64,000 nucleotides of DNA, taken from Amoeboaphelidium protococcarum X5. Taxonomy: Eukaryota; Fungi; Aphelidiomycota. The stretch is taken from positions 380,280 to 444,279 of the forward strand of contig JALDTO010000213.1 of NCBI GenBank assembly GCA_023515725.1, given 5' to 3'. The notes beneath the pieces are model-generated. The model saw only the letters and a list, made by a program, of their open reading frames with translations, did not search any database and had not been told where the DNA came from. The position numbers were made by a program, and so were the translations under genes. Each line of letters opens with the position of its first letter. Position 1 is the stretch's first letter. Below are positions 38,842-52,406 of this stretch, one piece after another.

Positions 38842-39483
38842 ATGTAAGAGTTGAGGAATCGCGTATTATCACAAGCCGTTAAATTAGTCCCGTAGTATGG
38901 ATGGTCACGTTTAGCATTGGCTGAAGCTGCTAAAATGAATGGTCTGCCTTCCATCGTCGCTGGAATTGCACCTAAAGGGGAATTGAGTCTAGTCAGTTTT
39001 GGCACGGAGTAATGTACTGAAAAGTTTAATCAGAAGTGGAATAAAGTATAGAAGTCTGACAATTTTTACCTTAATCTGGAATAGGCTATATATTAGCGTA
39101 TAGTGATACAAAGAGATATATTACCGCGATGGAGGGATGCTTTGAATATCTTGACGCGACCGAGTAATTTCGTATTTGGATCTCAACAACTTCATGAACT
39201 TAGTACTCACCTCTGTCACATCTCTGGTGATGATTCGTTCAATACTCGCTGGTACACTCGACGGGTGGCTACTAGCACTATATACGCCAGTGCTGACACG
39301 ATGTTTGCGAATATATAAAGCCAATCTGAAGGTGTAAATGCTAGCGATGACGAATATGAGGAAGTTTTGTTGTTTGTTCGCCGAGCGCTTGATGCAGCTC
39401 ATAGATTGGAGGCGACTACTGATTAAAGTTAAAAGATGCTGTAAGTATATGGCACATCTCTCATAAACGCGTTGACCAAGTGA
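38842..39483 (+). CDS. COQ9: Ubiquinone biosynthesis protein COQ9, 213 aa
   Basis: VLSQAVKLVPQYGWSRLALAEAA and SGDDSFNTRWYTRRV....IY motifs. Confidence 0.85.
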
Positions 39484-39573
39484 TAACATACAAAGTGAAT
39501 ATCATTACTTTACTTTCTTTATTACATCACATTAAACCTTCATGAGCACTTTTCATTCATTTACTCATCAATT

Positions 39574-41541
39574 TCATACCTTTGGTGCAGCCTTCTTGTT
39601 GGCATCGTCCACAAACTTGCGCAGAGACTCTTCCATATAGTAAGGCTTTTGAGCAGAGCCATCATTTCTCTCTGAATCTTCACAGAAACACAAGAAAACA
39701 GTGTCAATTGCCATTTCATACACCGCCATGAAGGACGATGCAATCACATAACTCAATATGATGATAATCAGCAGAGACACGGACCAGAAACGACCAATGT
39801 TGAGAGTCTCGCCATCGGGAAGCTGCTCTGGATTCTGCAATAGACTACTACCAATGATGGCAACCACCGCCGTGATTAACACCTTACCAAGGAAGAACAA
39901 AAAGTCAGAGACACGGTCGACTACAATAACGCGGATAGCATTACGCACCAACAGCTCAAATGCCTCCTTGGCAGCGGAACAGAATGAGTATCCATACACT
40001 GCAATCTCAATGTACGCATTCTTGTTGATGAACTTCATAAATCTTTCAAAGCATGCCAAGCAACACTGGACACAAGCAAGACAACACTGAGCAACTTTGG
40101 ATGCCTTCTGCTTTTTCAACTGCTACTGGAAGTAGAACACAATTGCGCGAATCGTCTCGATAATGGCGATAATCAAACTGCCCAATGCCAAAGACCCCAA
40201 GTGATAACGCATAGTTCGCGCAAAAGCTCTCGTGATCACAGCGCTGGGCAAGTTAGCCTTATCACGCGACCAGTACCAAGAGGCAACAGCACCAGCGATA
40301 GTGGTTTAAGCAATGGCAATGATAAAGTTGAAAGTCCAGAAGTATCCCAGAGCATAGTAAATGGTCAGGTAATTGAACGCCTCATTAGGTGTAAATTGTA
40401 CACTAGTTCTATTACTGATCTAATTTCCAATCGTGCTACTAACCTTGGACCCGGATGTTACCAAGCAAGCCCAAACGTATACAATCCATGCAGTAAGGCC
40501 AGCCAGCAGAACATACTTAAACACAGGGAAGAATACGATCAACGGCATCTTCCTGATAGCTTTGCTTGCCTCTCCGATAACGGCAATGGCCAAGTTGATT
40601 CTCGATCTCAGTGTGATAGTCAGTATAACCAGCACGAAGGTCAGGATCGCCGCTAAAATAGAAATAGCTAGCAGTACCTTCTCGTTATTACTAGCAGAGC
40701 CGACAGAACTGTAGGACAGCAACGTGCCATTCTATGTGCGGACTTAATTCCAATAGTTAAAGATCACAGCTGTGAAGGCAATGCTAGCAAAATTAACAAA
40801 GATCACAGTGAACCAAACCATAAACTTGGAAGCGTATTGCATCATGAACATCCAAATGAAAGACATTACCAGCGAAATGGCTGAGCAGATCAGAATAATC
40901 TTCCAAGAATTGTACACATCGCTGAACATCTCCGTGCCTGTGGAGGTGACTTGATCAACTATAGTGCCATTAGCTCCGGTAATGTTGCTCAACGACACCA
41001 ATGCGCTGACATCGGGTAAACACCTGTTCAGCACCATGATAGTGCGGTAAGTGAACGTGCAGTTACCAAAGGTACCATTAGCATACAACTGTGCTAACAG
41101 AGTGAAATCAGTCAAGTTGATGTTGGTGAAAGCAGTTGGGACTGGCACATCATACGGACAGATAGGAGTAAAAGTTTGATTCGGACAATGGGTCACGCAC
41201 TATCTGTATGAAGCCCAATTAGTTGGATCAAATACATACTAGTAAGGGGCGTTAGTGTGATCCCTGCCTCCAGCGTTATTGACACCGCATAGATTGCCTT
41301 CAGTGTCGTTACCATAACGCAAGCGATTCAAGTTACCTTGCTGAATTGCCAACCCAGCAATGACAAACATGCCGCACCAAAACAAGATGAACAGTATCAG
41401 CCAGAATACGTCTCTGCATTAGCGATTATCTTGAGGACCAGGTTGCCCTTTGTACTTTGAGTCGGCAGATGCAGCACGTTTGGAGTCGGGCACAGTTTTG
41501 CTGACCTCATCTGTGTTGTCAACCTCTGGATAGATTCCCAT
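39574..41541 (-). CDS. Choline transporter-like protein (SLC44/CTL family), 655 aa
   Basis: R(TAA=Q)CRDVFWL, RLRYGNDTEGNLCG, RYHLGSLALGSLII, FINKNAYIEIAVYGYSFCSAA and AIDTVFLCFCED. Confidence 0.93.
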
Positions 41542-41826
41542 GTTGTATTACGCGAATATAACACTTGGTCTTAATGAAATACGTTGTCAAATTAAGAGTT
41601 GAGAATACAGAGATATTATTATGAATAGAATTCAATGTGAACCACCCATCTACGCTACTAAGTGGTAACGAGGGGTGCCCATTCCGTTGCCATGGTCTAT
41701 AAATATACACATCGTTGTCACCTGTGCTACGAAATTTCTCCGCGTGTATAACGTAGATGTAGAGTAGGCAAGTAAAAGGAATAAAACATAGATCTAACGT
41801 ACAGAAAAATACACCATCGTATTGCT

Positions 41827-42370
41827 TCAACTAGTTAAGCCTGCGTCATTGCAGTCTGGCGGTGTGCCGTAATCCGTGTCAATAGTCCAATAGGTAGGAC
41901 ACACAAAATTGAGGAAAGACGGACAACTTCGCGCAACGTTGAAACAAACATTCTGACACGGTTTCAAGAGTGTGCTACTGTTATTACCTGAGGAAGCTGA
42001 GCACCGAGGAAACGTTATTGCACATATCCAAGTCTTATAGGCAGCAGTGCAATCCTCGCATGTCTTCAATAGGCTATAGAATAAAGAGGACTCTGAATCT
42101 GAGCATTTAAACTAGTACAGCGAGAACTTGAGAGCACTGTAAGATTAATTCGCAGTCTAGTCCAACGCCGTTAAGTTAGCCGTCGCAGGGAGATATGAGC
42201 TATAATTAATGTGCTGGCAAAATGTCAAATTGCTGACAGATTAGCAAGTGTAGTCTACATGCAATGATATGAATTAATCGAAATACACAATGTGTTTGTA
42301 AAGTATTACTGACTTAGGCACAAGCCTGAGATATAATCCCGGCAAAAATCCACACAATTATCAAAACCAT
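41827..42370 (-). CDS. Mid1/NALF(FAM155)-type cysteine-rich Ca2+-channel accessory subunit, about 162 aa, one intron (42255-42309)
   Basis: Signal peptide; NLTFCQHINY, YSLLKTCEDCTAAYKTWICAITFPRC and KPCQNVCFNVARSCPSFLNFVCP are Mid1 C-terminal motifs. Confidence 0.82.
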
Positions 42371-42455
42371 CCTGTGAAACAACAGTTCCGAAATCTACAA
42401 AAAGAAGAAAGCAGATCAAAAATCTAAATCATTTCATTAAGCAAAGTCAGCCATT

Positions 42456-43578
42456 TCACACTACTTATTTACCATCAGATCCACCCGTTTGTGTCATTTC
42501 TTAGCCTCCCTATGCAGCTGATTAAGACTGACGCCCTCTAGACTGATTGCTGATGTGTTGTTTCAATCCCTTGTCAAAGTTGAGCAGACATAGAACACTG
42601 ATCACCAATGTTATCAGTACAAATAACAGATTAAGCAGAGCAAAGAAAGTCAAAAACTTTCTAGAGTACAAATACTTGAACTCCTGACTCGGAGTATACA
42701 TCCTGACAAGTTTAAATACAAAGTATGCACACGCGCACATACACCCAGCGATGAATATACCCATCACGACTCTGTTCTCTTATCTCAACTACACAAGTGA
42801 CATATATTAAATGATAGCATTCAATATCATAAGAATCAAAACGTATTACTTACACCATAGACTGCAAACATTAGCATAAAGAATATGATCGGCACAGCAA
42901 TGATAGTCAACGCGTACTCAGGATCATTAGGATTCAGCACAAGCACCAGAAACTGAATGGAGAAGGCCAGAAAGAAGAAAAAGTCCAGTTTCAGAATGGC
43001 CAAGAAAATCTGGTAAAGTCTGTACATTTTCTTCATTCGCGGATCAGCTCCGATCTTTTTGTAGATCTTCCAGCCAAACTCCAAGTACAACTTGAACGCC
43101 AAGTACACAAATGCAATTAAACACACACCAAGAACAACACTGATCGCAATCAGCACTCCACTAAACTTGTCCTCTCCGACCACAGTGCTCACAGAAGCGA
43201 AAGCCAGCGCATCTTTCAACTAAAAGTATTAAAAGAGAGAGTAGGCAAATACCAGTGCATCGAATATGACAAACGCAATAATCTGAATAGTATTCTAATG
43301 CAAAACAGCATCAAAACACAAGACAACCTGGAACACTTGGGAGAAGAGAAATATCATTAAATAAACAGGGATGCCAACAGCAGGAGTATTCTCAAATTGA
43401 CTCTGATTAGGCAAAAAGACCGAGGCCACATAAGATTCTAAGACTATGACAATAATGGCTTACAAAAGCACGATTATGAGAGTCAGCTTTCCATAAAACG
43501 AAGCCGGCACTAACTACACTCAAAGATGAATTATCGACATGTTATAAAACTTATAATAAACATTACATTCTTGAACAT
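42456..43578 (-). CDS. Multi-pass membrane protein of a fungal uncharacterised family (UPF0658-like), two introns (43514-43566, 42789-42853)
   Basis: DAVLH(TAG=Q)NTIQII, KLYLEFGWKIYKKIGAD, LKLDFFFFLAFSIQF and CLLNFDKGLK; about 8 hydrophobic segments. Confidence 0.8.
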
Positions 43579-43862
43579 TCTGCAAAATTTCTAATAATTA
43601 ATCCGGCAGTCTTATACACTTGGCCTAGTAGTTGGCTTGAAGATAAAGTATCTGTGTTTCAAAGAGAAAATCTCTTAATCGCCGTCGGCAAGCAAAAACA
43701 CAAAATGGTCGCGACAGATCTAAAAATATCCCACTTTCGTTGCAAATTTTGATATTTTACACATTCTATTACTTAATAATCATCAGCATCATTTATAAGT
43801 CTGCTATAGAAAAGCCTTCACATTAAGAAACAGTAAAGCAATTCGCAAATAGGCTCCGCCAT

Positions 43863-44283
43863 TCAGCTCTTCTTATTAAAAGAGGGAAACACTTTCGATT
43901 TGCATTCATTGCATAGGCGCGTATATTTCACGCTGGCACGCAGATGAGATCGCGATATACAGTTCACTCCATGTACCAGTGTACAACTGCATTTCTGGCA
44001 ATAAATTCTTTTATATGATGCTGTTCTACAGATAGATTATTACAAATAAATTCAAATTCAAATTAATGAGGATTAAATCATACACTTTAGATTGAGTCCT
44101 CAGCGATGTTTTAAACGCCGACTATGCATAGAACGCGCTGAGAGATTACATTTACGGATTAGAAGTGTCAACAGCCGCACATAAGCTCAATTGAGACAAG
44201 TAATTCATCCTATCATGTGACTGCTCAGTTATAAGAGTCTACTTGCTTTTCGCTTTCTACTACGACTTTTTAGTTTTACCCAT
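43863..44283 (-). CDS. RNase P protein subunit Rpp21/Rpr2, one intron (44026-44083)
   Basis: RMNYLSQ...KRIYCQKCSCTLVHGVNC...CNEC zinc-ribbon pattern. Confidence 0.75.
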
Positions 44284-44370
44284 TTTGATATTTGGGAAAA
44301 GATCAGCGTGAGAGAAGCAGAGAAGAAAGATCATGGCGAGTAATTTAATGTAATGTATATACAAAATTCA

Positions 44371-44994
44371 TCAATTCAAGTTTTAGTCAATCCATGATAC
44401 AATACGATCAAGATTGCTGGAAAGATCGCCTTCGTTGTTATTATCTAATTCGACAATTATACAATTATTCGATTCTGAGGCGTCTGAAGATGAAGAACTG
44501 TCGCTAATATCGCTAACATTATCATCATCATCATCATCACGCTCTCCTTAACAAGCTTTACGGCCAAAATATTCATACACTTCCTCTTTGACAACTTGCA
44601 TAATCTCTGCTTCCACATTAGATCGAATTTTCACCTCGCTGTATTTCCTCGCAAGTAATCGATCGTATTGAGTTTCAGTGTTGCAATGGAGTATCACGAT
44701 AAGATCAATCATACTCTCAGGAATAGAGGAGGCAGAGTGGTAATCTACAATAAAACATTTATCCTCTTGCTGCATATACTCACATAGATACTCATATAAC
44801 GCGTCTTCATCAACTACGTACGTGTCTAACTGCTCATCAAACTCTTCATAGAACTACTTTTCAATCGCAATATGTGACAGATTTAGGATTTCATAATCGA
44901 TGCCCAGTTGTGATTTACACAAAATTTACAGCTTTTTAGAAAGCGTAGACTTTCCTGTGCCAACGCTTCCAGTTATGAATATATTAGGCGACAT
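44371..44994 (-). CDS. FAP7: Adenylate kinase 6 / Fap7, 207 aa
   Basis: PNIFITGSVGTGKST, IVDYHS, YDRLLARKYSEVKIRSNVEAEIMQV. Confidence 0.9.
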
Positions 44995-45261
44995 TATTCT
45001 ATCCTTGCAACTATCCTTCTGTGATACGATCAGAATTTGACAGATTTTCACCGCTTTTCTGTCTTTCCTTCTCACACTTCTCAATTCAAAGTTAACGCGA
45101 GAGAGATCAAACGGCGGACGGCTCGTCAACTAACCGACCTTAGATGCTCGTTCAAAATTTTAATCTTTCCTTCAAATCTAAACGTCCGTAGTTGCTCTAA
45201 TTTAATTGCCTTTTAGTACTTTAGCCTAGTTTGCATTAGTTTGTATAAACATAAATAGAAA

Positions 45262-45609
45262 ATGGCTACTGAGAGATCCGCTGCTTAGGACGTTGTATCG
45301 CGCATTTACACAGTCAATCTGCACAAACTGACCTATGGAAAGTAGTTTAAGAAGCGTGCACCTACTGCAATCAAGAAGATTAAATAGTTTGCCACTAAAG
45401 TGATGGGCACCACCGATGTACGTATCGACACATCTCTAAATCAGGCTGTATGGTCAAATGGTATTAAGAACTTGCCTAAGAGATTACGCGTCCAGATGTC
45501 CAGAAAGAGAAGTGAAGAGGAGAATCCTAAAGAGAAGTTGTACGTTGTCTGCAGCTTTGTTCCTGTCACATCTTTCAAAGGATTGTAGACTCAGGTTCTG
45601 GAAGAGTGA
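45262..45609 (+). CDS. RPL31: 60S ribosomal protein eL31
   Basis: YTVNLHK...[15 protein letters not shown]...[21 protein letters not shown]; four in-frame TAG codons. Confidence 0.96.
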
Positions 45610-45759
45610 TCATTGACTGAGCAGATGTCATCATGTCTACTTGAATAAAAGTATTACAATCTTACTCTATAGTCTTGATTACTATTATTAATTGTCATTT
45701 TTTGTTTCTTTGCGCATAGTGTTGCTTTACGATCTGACACCTAGCTCCTGTTACGATTC

Positions 45760-46683
45760 ATGTCCTCATCAAAGTCCTCAGCAGTCAAACGATGGATCAG
45801 AGAGCACTTTAATCATGATCGATACCAGGGTGGTTCTAGTATCATGACTGTAGCATAGCGCCTAAAACTCGCGGAATATCAGCATTTTGTCAAGGATAAA
45901 CCGCTTGCATATATACTCAAATCACAGCCATTTGGAGAGTTGCCATAGGATCTGATTATGCGATCTGATGTTCTCATTCCACGTCCAGAAACGGAGTAAT
46001 GGTCACTGGTACTTAGAAACATTATCTAAATGGATTTTAAGCTCCACAACAGACCGAAGCTAAATATTTTAGATATATGCAGTGGAAGCGGATGTATATC
46101 GCTCCACCTGGCTCATTAAATACCTCAAGTGCACGTAAAAGGAGTTGATGTATCACGACGTGCTGTCCAAGTTGCTAATTTGAACGCGCGTAAACTTGGT
46201 CTCGATTAAATGGTGCGGTACTGCGTACAAGATATCTTCACGTCATAACTCGATGATCTCAGCGGATAATCTGATTTGATAGTCTCTAATCCACCTTACA
46301 TATCAGACAATGATTTCGTCGCCTCGGACGTACGTGATGGTGGTGTTTAGTCTAGTGTTAAATTATGGGAAGATAGACGCGCTCTTACTGGTAATGTGAG
46401 CAATCTGGATGGATTGTCTTATTATCGTCGTTTACTGTAATTGATGAAATAGTCAGTGTCAGAATATGGTTCCAATCTCGCAGTAAGATCAATGACAGTA
46501 TAAAAAGTTGACTTGGATAATCCCCTCAATGACATTTATAACGGGTAAATCCCTAAACTTGTCCTGGAAATAGGAGGTGCGCATTAAACCGAGTAGATTC
46601 TAGACATGTTCCGACCTCTGTTTAGTACAGCGCAGATCTGGATAGACTTTGGTTAGAAAGAACGTGCCATAGCATTTTACTGA
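45760..46683 (+). CDS. HemK/PrmC release-factor glutamine methyltransferase (Mtq1-like)
   Basis: PLAYILKSQPFG, VLIPRPETE, ILDICSGSGCI, DLIVSNPPYI and DGLSYYRRL. Confidence 0.88.
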
Positions 46684-46749
46684 TTGAAATACATAAATAT
46701 TATGTATATATAACTATACTGTACTTTAAAACACAAATCAACTTTAATA

Positions 46750-48194
46750 TCATCGGTCCAATTCAATGTCTTCCTTTTCCAATGGCTTAAACAAGTTAAT
46801 CGCCTGCATCAAACCACTCTGGTCAGATGAGGATTCACACGCCAAAATCAAAGTCAACTGAGTAAACATCTACTTTGACGGCTTGCTCGATCCATAATCT
46901 GCAAAAGTAATCGAATTCCCACTTATGTTCAACACGAAACCATTAGCTTACTACTTCTGTTTCCTAAGTTATTACAGCAAGTCCTAGCTGACACCATACG
47001 GGGATAGTTATTATAGATCAGAACCTTCAGAGTTAATCGAATCAATGGACTCCTAAGTGTCGGCAATCCATCGATCTAATGGTACAACTTATAGTCGGCA
47101 ATCAGAGCTAAACTCTATTATTGCTTAGGGATACTGACTGAGGTATGTCCTTTTAAATAAAATATGATCATTATCTAAAGATGCGTAATAGGACTCCCAC
47201 TTTACCTTTTTCGAAGACTTGAAATTGTACCATTTATCAGTGGATGAAGCGTGACTATTATTACCAGTGTTATCCTCAGACATGGACAGTAGAGTATTCA
47301 ATTTGATCAATGGACCTTAATGCTAATAATCAAAACGAATATGCTAATATAAAGGCGTGCTTGCAGCAGCTTAATCTTTAAATCTGGCCAGTCGAAATAG
47401 ATTGAGCCATTCAAGAACAAGTTGCCCGCTATCTGCTGATAAAAACCAACTCTCTGCAGGAATATTGTCCTAACCACTCTACTGCAATTCTGGAGTATTA
47501 ATACCAGCAACCAAGTGAATTGAAAATTTTCGCCCGCATAACTCATCAGCAAGGTAAATCTTGGCGTCATTCAGACTGAACTCTCCTATCGGCTTCTGAA
47601 TATTATCCGGCGATTTATAACACACCAGACGCGATCCACTAAGCATAAAGAACTTTTGTGTCCATTTACCACTAGAATCCTGATCTTTGCTTGACTTTTT
47701 CCACAAGAAGCCGCCCTTAACAGGTACCATCTCTGGACGCGGACTAGATGAATGGAATAACCTTCGCTTGTATTTGTTGATAATAAACTCTTCGCGCACA
47801 TACGCAGGATCATTCACACCCACCTGAGGTCTCTTCCAGTACGGCGGTAGATTGCATAGAAACTGTTCATTCACCGCCGTATTACCACCGGCCAGTTCAA
47901 CCTTTTCCACAAACTAATCAGTCCAATCATCCAACTTTATCGATTTGATCCTACTGACATGAGTGCCCAAGTGTCTATGCGTACCACAACAGTTGACACA
48001 TATAAATGCACCGATATTAACACTAATCCAATCTGGGTCTACACACGTATAATGGTTTTGAGATAATACTTTTATTGACGCGTCAATGTGATGAAAATCT
48101 TACCGCTTTGACCACAATCAGCGCATTGATCATTACCCAGTCCGGGTTGACTTCTCAATTTCAAGAGCCTTGCACGTAATTCGCTCTAATCCAT
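46750..48194 (-). CDS. ArfGAP with PH domain(s) (centaurin-alpha/ADAP-like), one intron (48039-48103)
   Basis: NDQCADCG.SDPDWISVNIGAFICVNCCGTHRHLGTHVSRIKS, REEFIINKY, and a PH domain KGGFLWKK...W...FFMLSG; a second PH-like region follows. Confidence 0.88.
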
Positions 48195-48434
48195 ACGCTT
48201 TATTTAAATGGCGATAGCTTATTACTGAAGACAATTTAAAAGGATACAACAGCGATTAATAAATCACTAAAGATAGTTAAAAAGAGAATAAGTTGGACGG
48301 CGGAGGTTGAAAGGAGACATTATAGGGGCGGCGGCAGTGCCAGTTTAAATTCATTACGCTTTCACTCAGAGCACCCCTTAAAGTAAATATTAAATGTTGA
48401 ACATCAACAGTCTATTTTATTATTACGCATTTCG

Positions 48435-50447
48435 TCACAACATCAAATGACGTTTCTATGGCAAAATTACAGACTCTTCATCTTCAAATAACGCGACATG
48501 AAGCTAATCATTAAACGTGTACTTGACATAGAGTTGTTTACGTTAAGATTTAGCATACCACGGGCAAGGATCAAACAGTCCCATAAGCTTTGACTTTGAT
48601 GCGCCACTATCCAAGACCAATTTGGAGTCTTGAACGAGTAGTTATAACATCACAGTGCAATCGATATACTTTTATTCGTCGACACTGCTAGGACTTTATT
48701 CACCACCTAGTTGAAGTTGTTGATTTAAACCATAGCCGTATAGAGACATTTCAATGATCAAACCACTATTCTTGCGCTCTTATTCCACAATACTTTCATA
48801 CTTGGACTTCATTGCCTCCACGGTTAACTTTAGATCATTAAACTTTGACGTCACTTATTCTTGCATCTACCTCTTCTATTCCATAATCTTCTACTATTTC
48901 TGCTTTCTTCTACGAGGCTAAATGTACAATTACCTTACTAAGCCACTTACTAATAAAGGAACTCCAGCAGCGATGAGCAATGCTGCGACATTTAGTTCAT
49001 CACTCACAATAATTGGCAGCCCGAAAGATTAAGCATAACGCGTAAACTTCAACTTTATCATGGATAATCCATCCAACTGCTGCGAAAGACTTACGCTTAC
49101 TGAGTGATATCGATCCCACACAGTTTGCCGGTATCCGATAGATAACGACGACGAACTCAAAGAGGATACTTTAACAGACGTGTATATGGATGACTACTAG
49201 GCAATCTTTACAGAATATCTACCACCAACTTCCATTCCAAGCATCCCCAAAGTCACGTACGAGTTCCATGTAGACCCAAGTTACGGAACAGATCTTTCGA
49301 TAGAAGCAGTGATAGAATCCTGCAATTGATGATTATCACCAAGAAACTCTCTGCCCCACTAGCCAAGAATCCAGTCACCAGACTTGTATGTAAGACTTCC
49401 GACTAGTCCACGTTTTACACTGATGGCTCGACTAAGAGTAACTTCCACCTGAGGAGGACAATCCAAGATCCAATGATGAAATTGCAATCCACAATTAATC
49501 ATCACCGGTATTTGCATCTAATTAGGACTGACTTGTGCTGAAGATTTACTTACATTTAATACACCGCCAAATCCTAATGAAAGCAGAGACTAAGAACCTA
49601 ACTACAATGTACTTTCCACAAACCTCCCGTGTAACATCTACCGCCTCCAAGATAGCAGAGAATATCCACCACCACGAATACCTTTATTCAACAGAACACC
49701 GCCCACACTTACAGTGTCCGAGTCTGAAAGAGAAATTTCATTATTGGACTATAAGACTATGCTTTCAACTTTAGGCGTTAAACGTTAAATCAGATCATTT
49801 GCAGATTCCGAATAACTTCCTTACCATGGTAAAGACGATTAATATCCATCCATATCATCATCCGCATCAGTGGAACCAGATAGAAATTTGAATACGCGTT
49901 TAGCATCAACAGTCATCTCCACCTGTCCTGCGATGGTCGAATTCAGCTGCTCAACTTCTTGTTTCTTCTGCTCTAATCGCTTGTACTCATAATAGTTCTA
50001 TAGCTCCTATGCAGTCTTCAACTAAGGGCCCACTTACCAATCTTTCATCATATGCACGCCTTCCATGCCGCGTAGATCATACATTTGTCTCATCTATTGG
50101 TCACTGAGGATCTCATAAGCAGTATTGACTCGCATAAATTGGTCCTCAAGTACATGCACTTACTATTCCGTGTCAATCTACCCATCGTATGACTTTCGAT
50201 GATGTTTATCTGGATGATACAGCATGGATAGACGTTTATAAGCAGCTTTGATCTAATCAATTGACGCGTCGCGTGGAACATTAAGCACCGCGTACAAGTC
50301 CATTTCATCATCAGTATTGCTGTTATGGCCATAACCAAATTCTTCATCATTGTCCAAATTCTACGGCTGATCATCGCTTATAAATTCCCTAGCAAGCTTG
50401 TCTTCCGCCAGCTATTATCTAACTTGTTATATATCCTCTGGATCCAT
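48435..50447 (-). CDS. DnaJ homolog subfamily C member 11-like, 670 aa
   Basis: J-domain DLYAVLNVPRDAS...YHPDKH and C-terminal IDCTVMLQLLVQDSKL...SKSKLMGLFDPCP...LYVKYTF. Confidence 0.87.
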
Positions 50448-50711
50448 AATTGTACACTAAGAATTACCAATACTAAACTTAACTTGCCGAATGCGGATCA
50501 AATTGAAAGTTTATCGACACAGAAGTGAGAAGAGATAAGAGTTTTAAGAGAACGAGACACAATTGTCCAAGGGAAAATAAAAGAATGAAGTCAAACCTTT
50601 ATTAAACGAAATTTCTATATGTATATAACTACAAGCATTACAGTTAAGAGTAAATGTAAATCAGGCATAACCAGATTGGCAAATTCACGCGCTAATACAA
50701 CGGGAGGACTA

Positions 50712-51104
50712 TCAATTGTAATAGTTGAATGCAGAGCCAGAACCTTTCTTCTCGTAAAAGTAATCTTTATAAGAGGTACTGATATTGACAACCTTTGGAC
50801 AGCCATCGCGGTCTCTTTGCAACATGACACAACTCCGACAGTAATACGCGTCTGATACTCCACGCCCATTGCAAATGATACACTTCCCACCGCTACTACT
50901 TTAATCAGATGCAATTGATGTTGAAGTCTCTCGTTACTACTGTTACATGAAATTACATTCATCGCATATCCGTACAGGAGTATTCGCGCGTACATAGGAA
51001 TCACACATTACACATTTACCCTCGCATCTTGCACACAATCTACCAACACTAATTCCAGTTTATTTTCTACAGAGAACCAACTCTGGATTATATCTTGCAC
51101 TCAT
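50712..51104 (-). CDS. PHF5A: SF3b spliceosome subunit PHF5A/Rds3, with a loop insertion
   Basis: CRK(TAA=Q)[22 protein letters not shown]....VRICDECN...[17 protein letters not shown]....[11 protein letters not shown]. Confidence 0.95.
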
Positions 51105-51441
51105 ACCAATCAATTAAGACTATCGATAATTAATTGTACACTTAATTAATGACTCTAAATATATACGCGAGGCAAATCTCTTCCAGAACTATGCTGGATC
51201 AATTGGAGGCAGCGCTCAGCAAAGTTACTGTTTCGATCGCGAAGAGTTTCTCTGTTAAAGAGAGGGAGAGAGATGGAGCTCCGCGCGCTTCCGTTGTAAA
51301 AACCGCTACTCCTTCCTTGTGAACTGCAACACACACTCTACCTGTATCTGTTCTCCAAGTAGAAAACTGCACTATTGTACATCTCGCTTTGTTGTTGAAC
51401 AATATCATAGAGTAGATAAGATTGAGTTTCACAGCTATAAT

Positions 51442-52086
51442 ATGGACTTGAATAAATTATTGGGAACAAAGAGCTTGCGGTAGACTTTGGTTCAATTTGT
51501 CAACTTATTACTGGTTGTGAGTGGAGCGTACATGGCGTGGAAAGGCGCATCCGTTGTGCTCAACACTGAAAGTCCAATTGTGGTTGTTCTGAGTGGATCT
51601 ATGGAACCGCTATTCTATCGTGGGGATATTCTGTTTCTGCACTTGCCTAGACATAGAGATATAAAGTTGGGCGATGTTACAGTGTACAAGCTACATGGAA
51701 AAGATATTCCGATTGTGCATAGAGTAGTGAAATTGCATAATCAGTAGCTAAACTTTACTGGAAGTGCTGTTGAAGATAACAAGGCTACTGCTGCTACTTC
51801 ATTAACTGATTTCCTATCGCTAAGACACGCTACACCCAAAAATGGTGGGGATAAGAGTATAAAGCAATACATCCTCACCAAGGGAGACAACAACCCGGTG
51901 GATGACCGCGGACTGTACAATGCCAAGTAAGAGTACTTGCACCGCGAAGACATGATGGGAATAGTTGTTGGATACATTCCATACGCGGGTATGTTCACCA
52001 TCTGGATGAATGACTACCCAATGCTCAAGTTTGGTCTACTGGCCATTCTTGGACTTTATACTCTCACATCGCGTGAAGGAACTTGA
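51442..52086 (+). CDS. SEC11: Signal peptidase complex catalytic subunit
   Basis: [43 protein letters not shown] and [12 protein letters not shown]. Confidence 0.96.
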
Positions 52087-52406
52087 TTATTTGGAATATA
52101 CTAGTATCGTTAAGTTTTAACTTTAATATTATTTTACACATATTTAGAAAAGATTAGCTGTGAAGTAGCGCGACTCGAATAGATTTAATGTTCTAATAAC
52201 TCATAAGAGCAGTCAGCTGGATTGATCGAGTTTGGATTTGGATCTTCGCATTCTATTCAACGGCCATCCGCGTTAGAACTTTCTTCGCGTTAAACATCGT
52301 CATTGTCGTTGTGTAAACAGTAAGTACAATCTGTCTTACTGTTCGGGTAACTATTACTGATTTACTGATCAATTTTATCATTGAAATAATAGTAAGGATA
52401 AGTGAA

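Noticed and set aside
43863-46683. RPP21 and HemK as a functional cluster linked to tRNA editing or recoding
   Set aside because: These are ordinary housekeeping genes, the HemK looks like the organellar PrmC type, and adjacency in a compact eukaryotic genome is not evidence of shared function.
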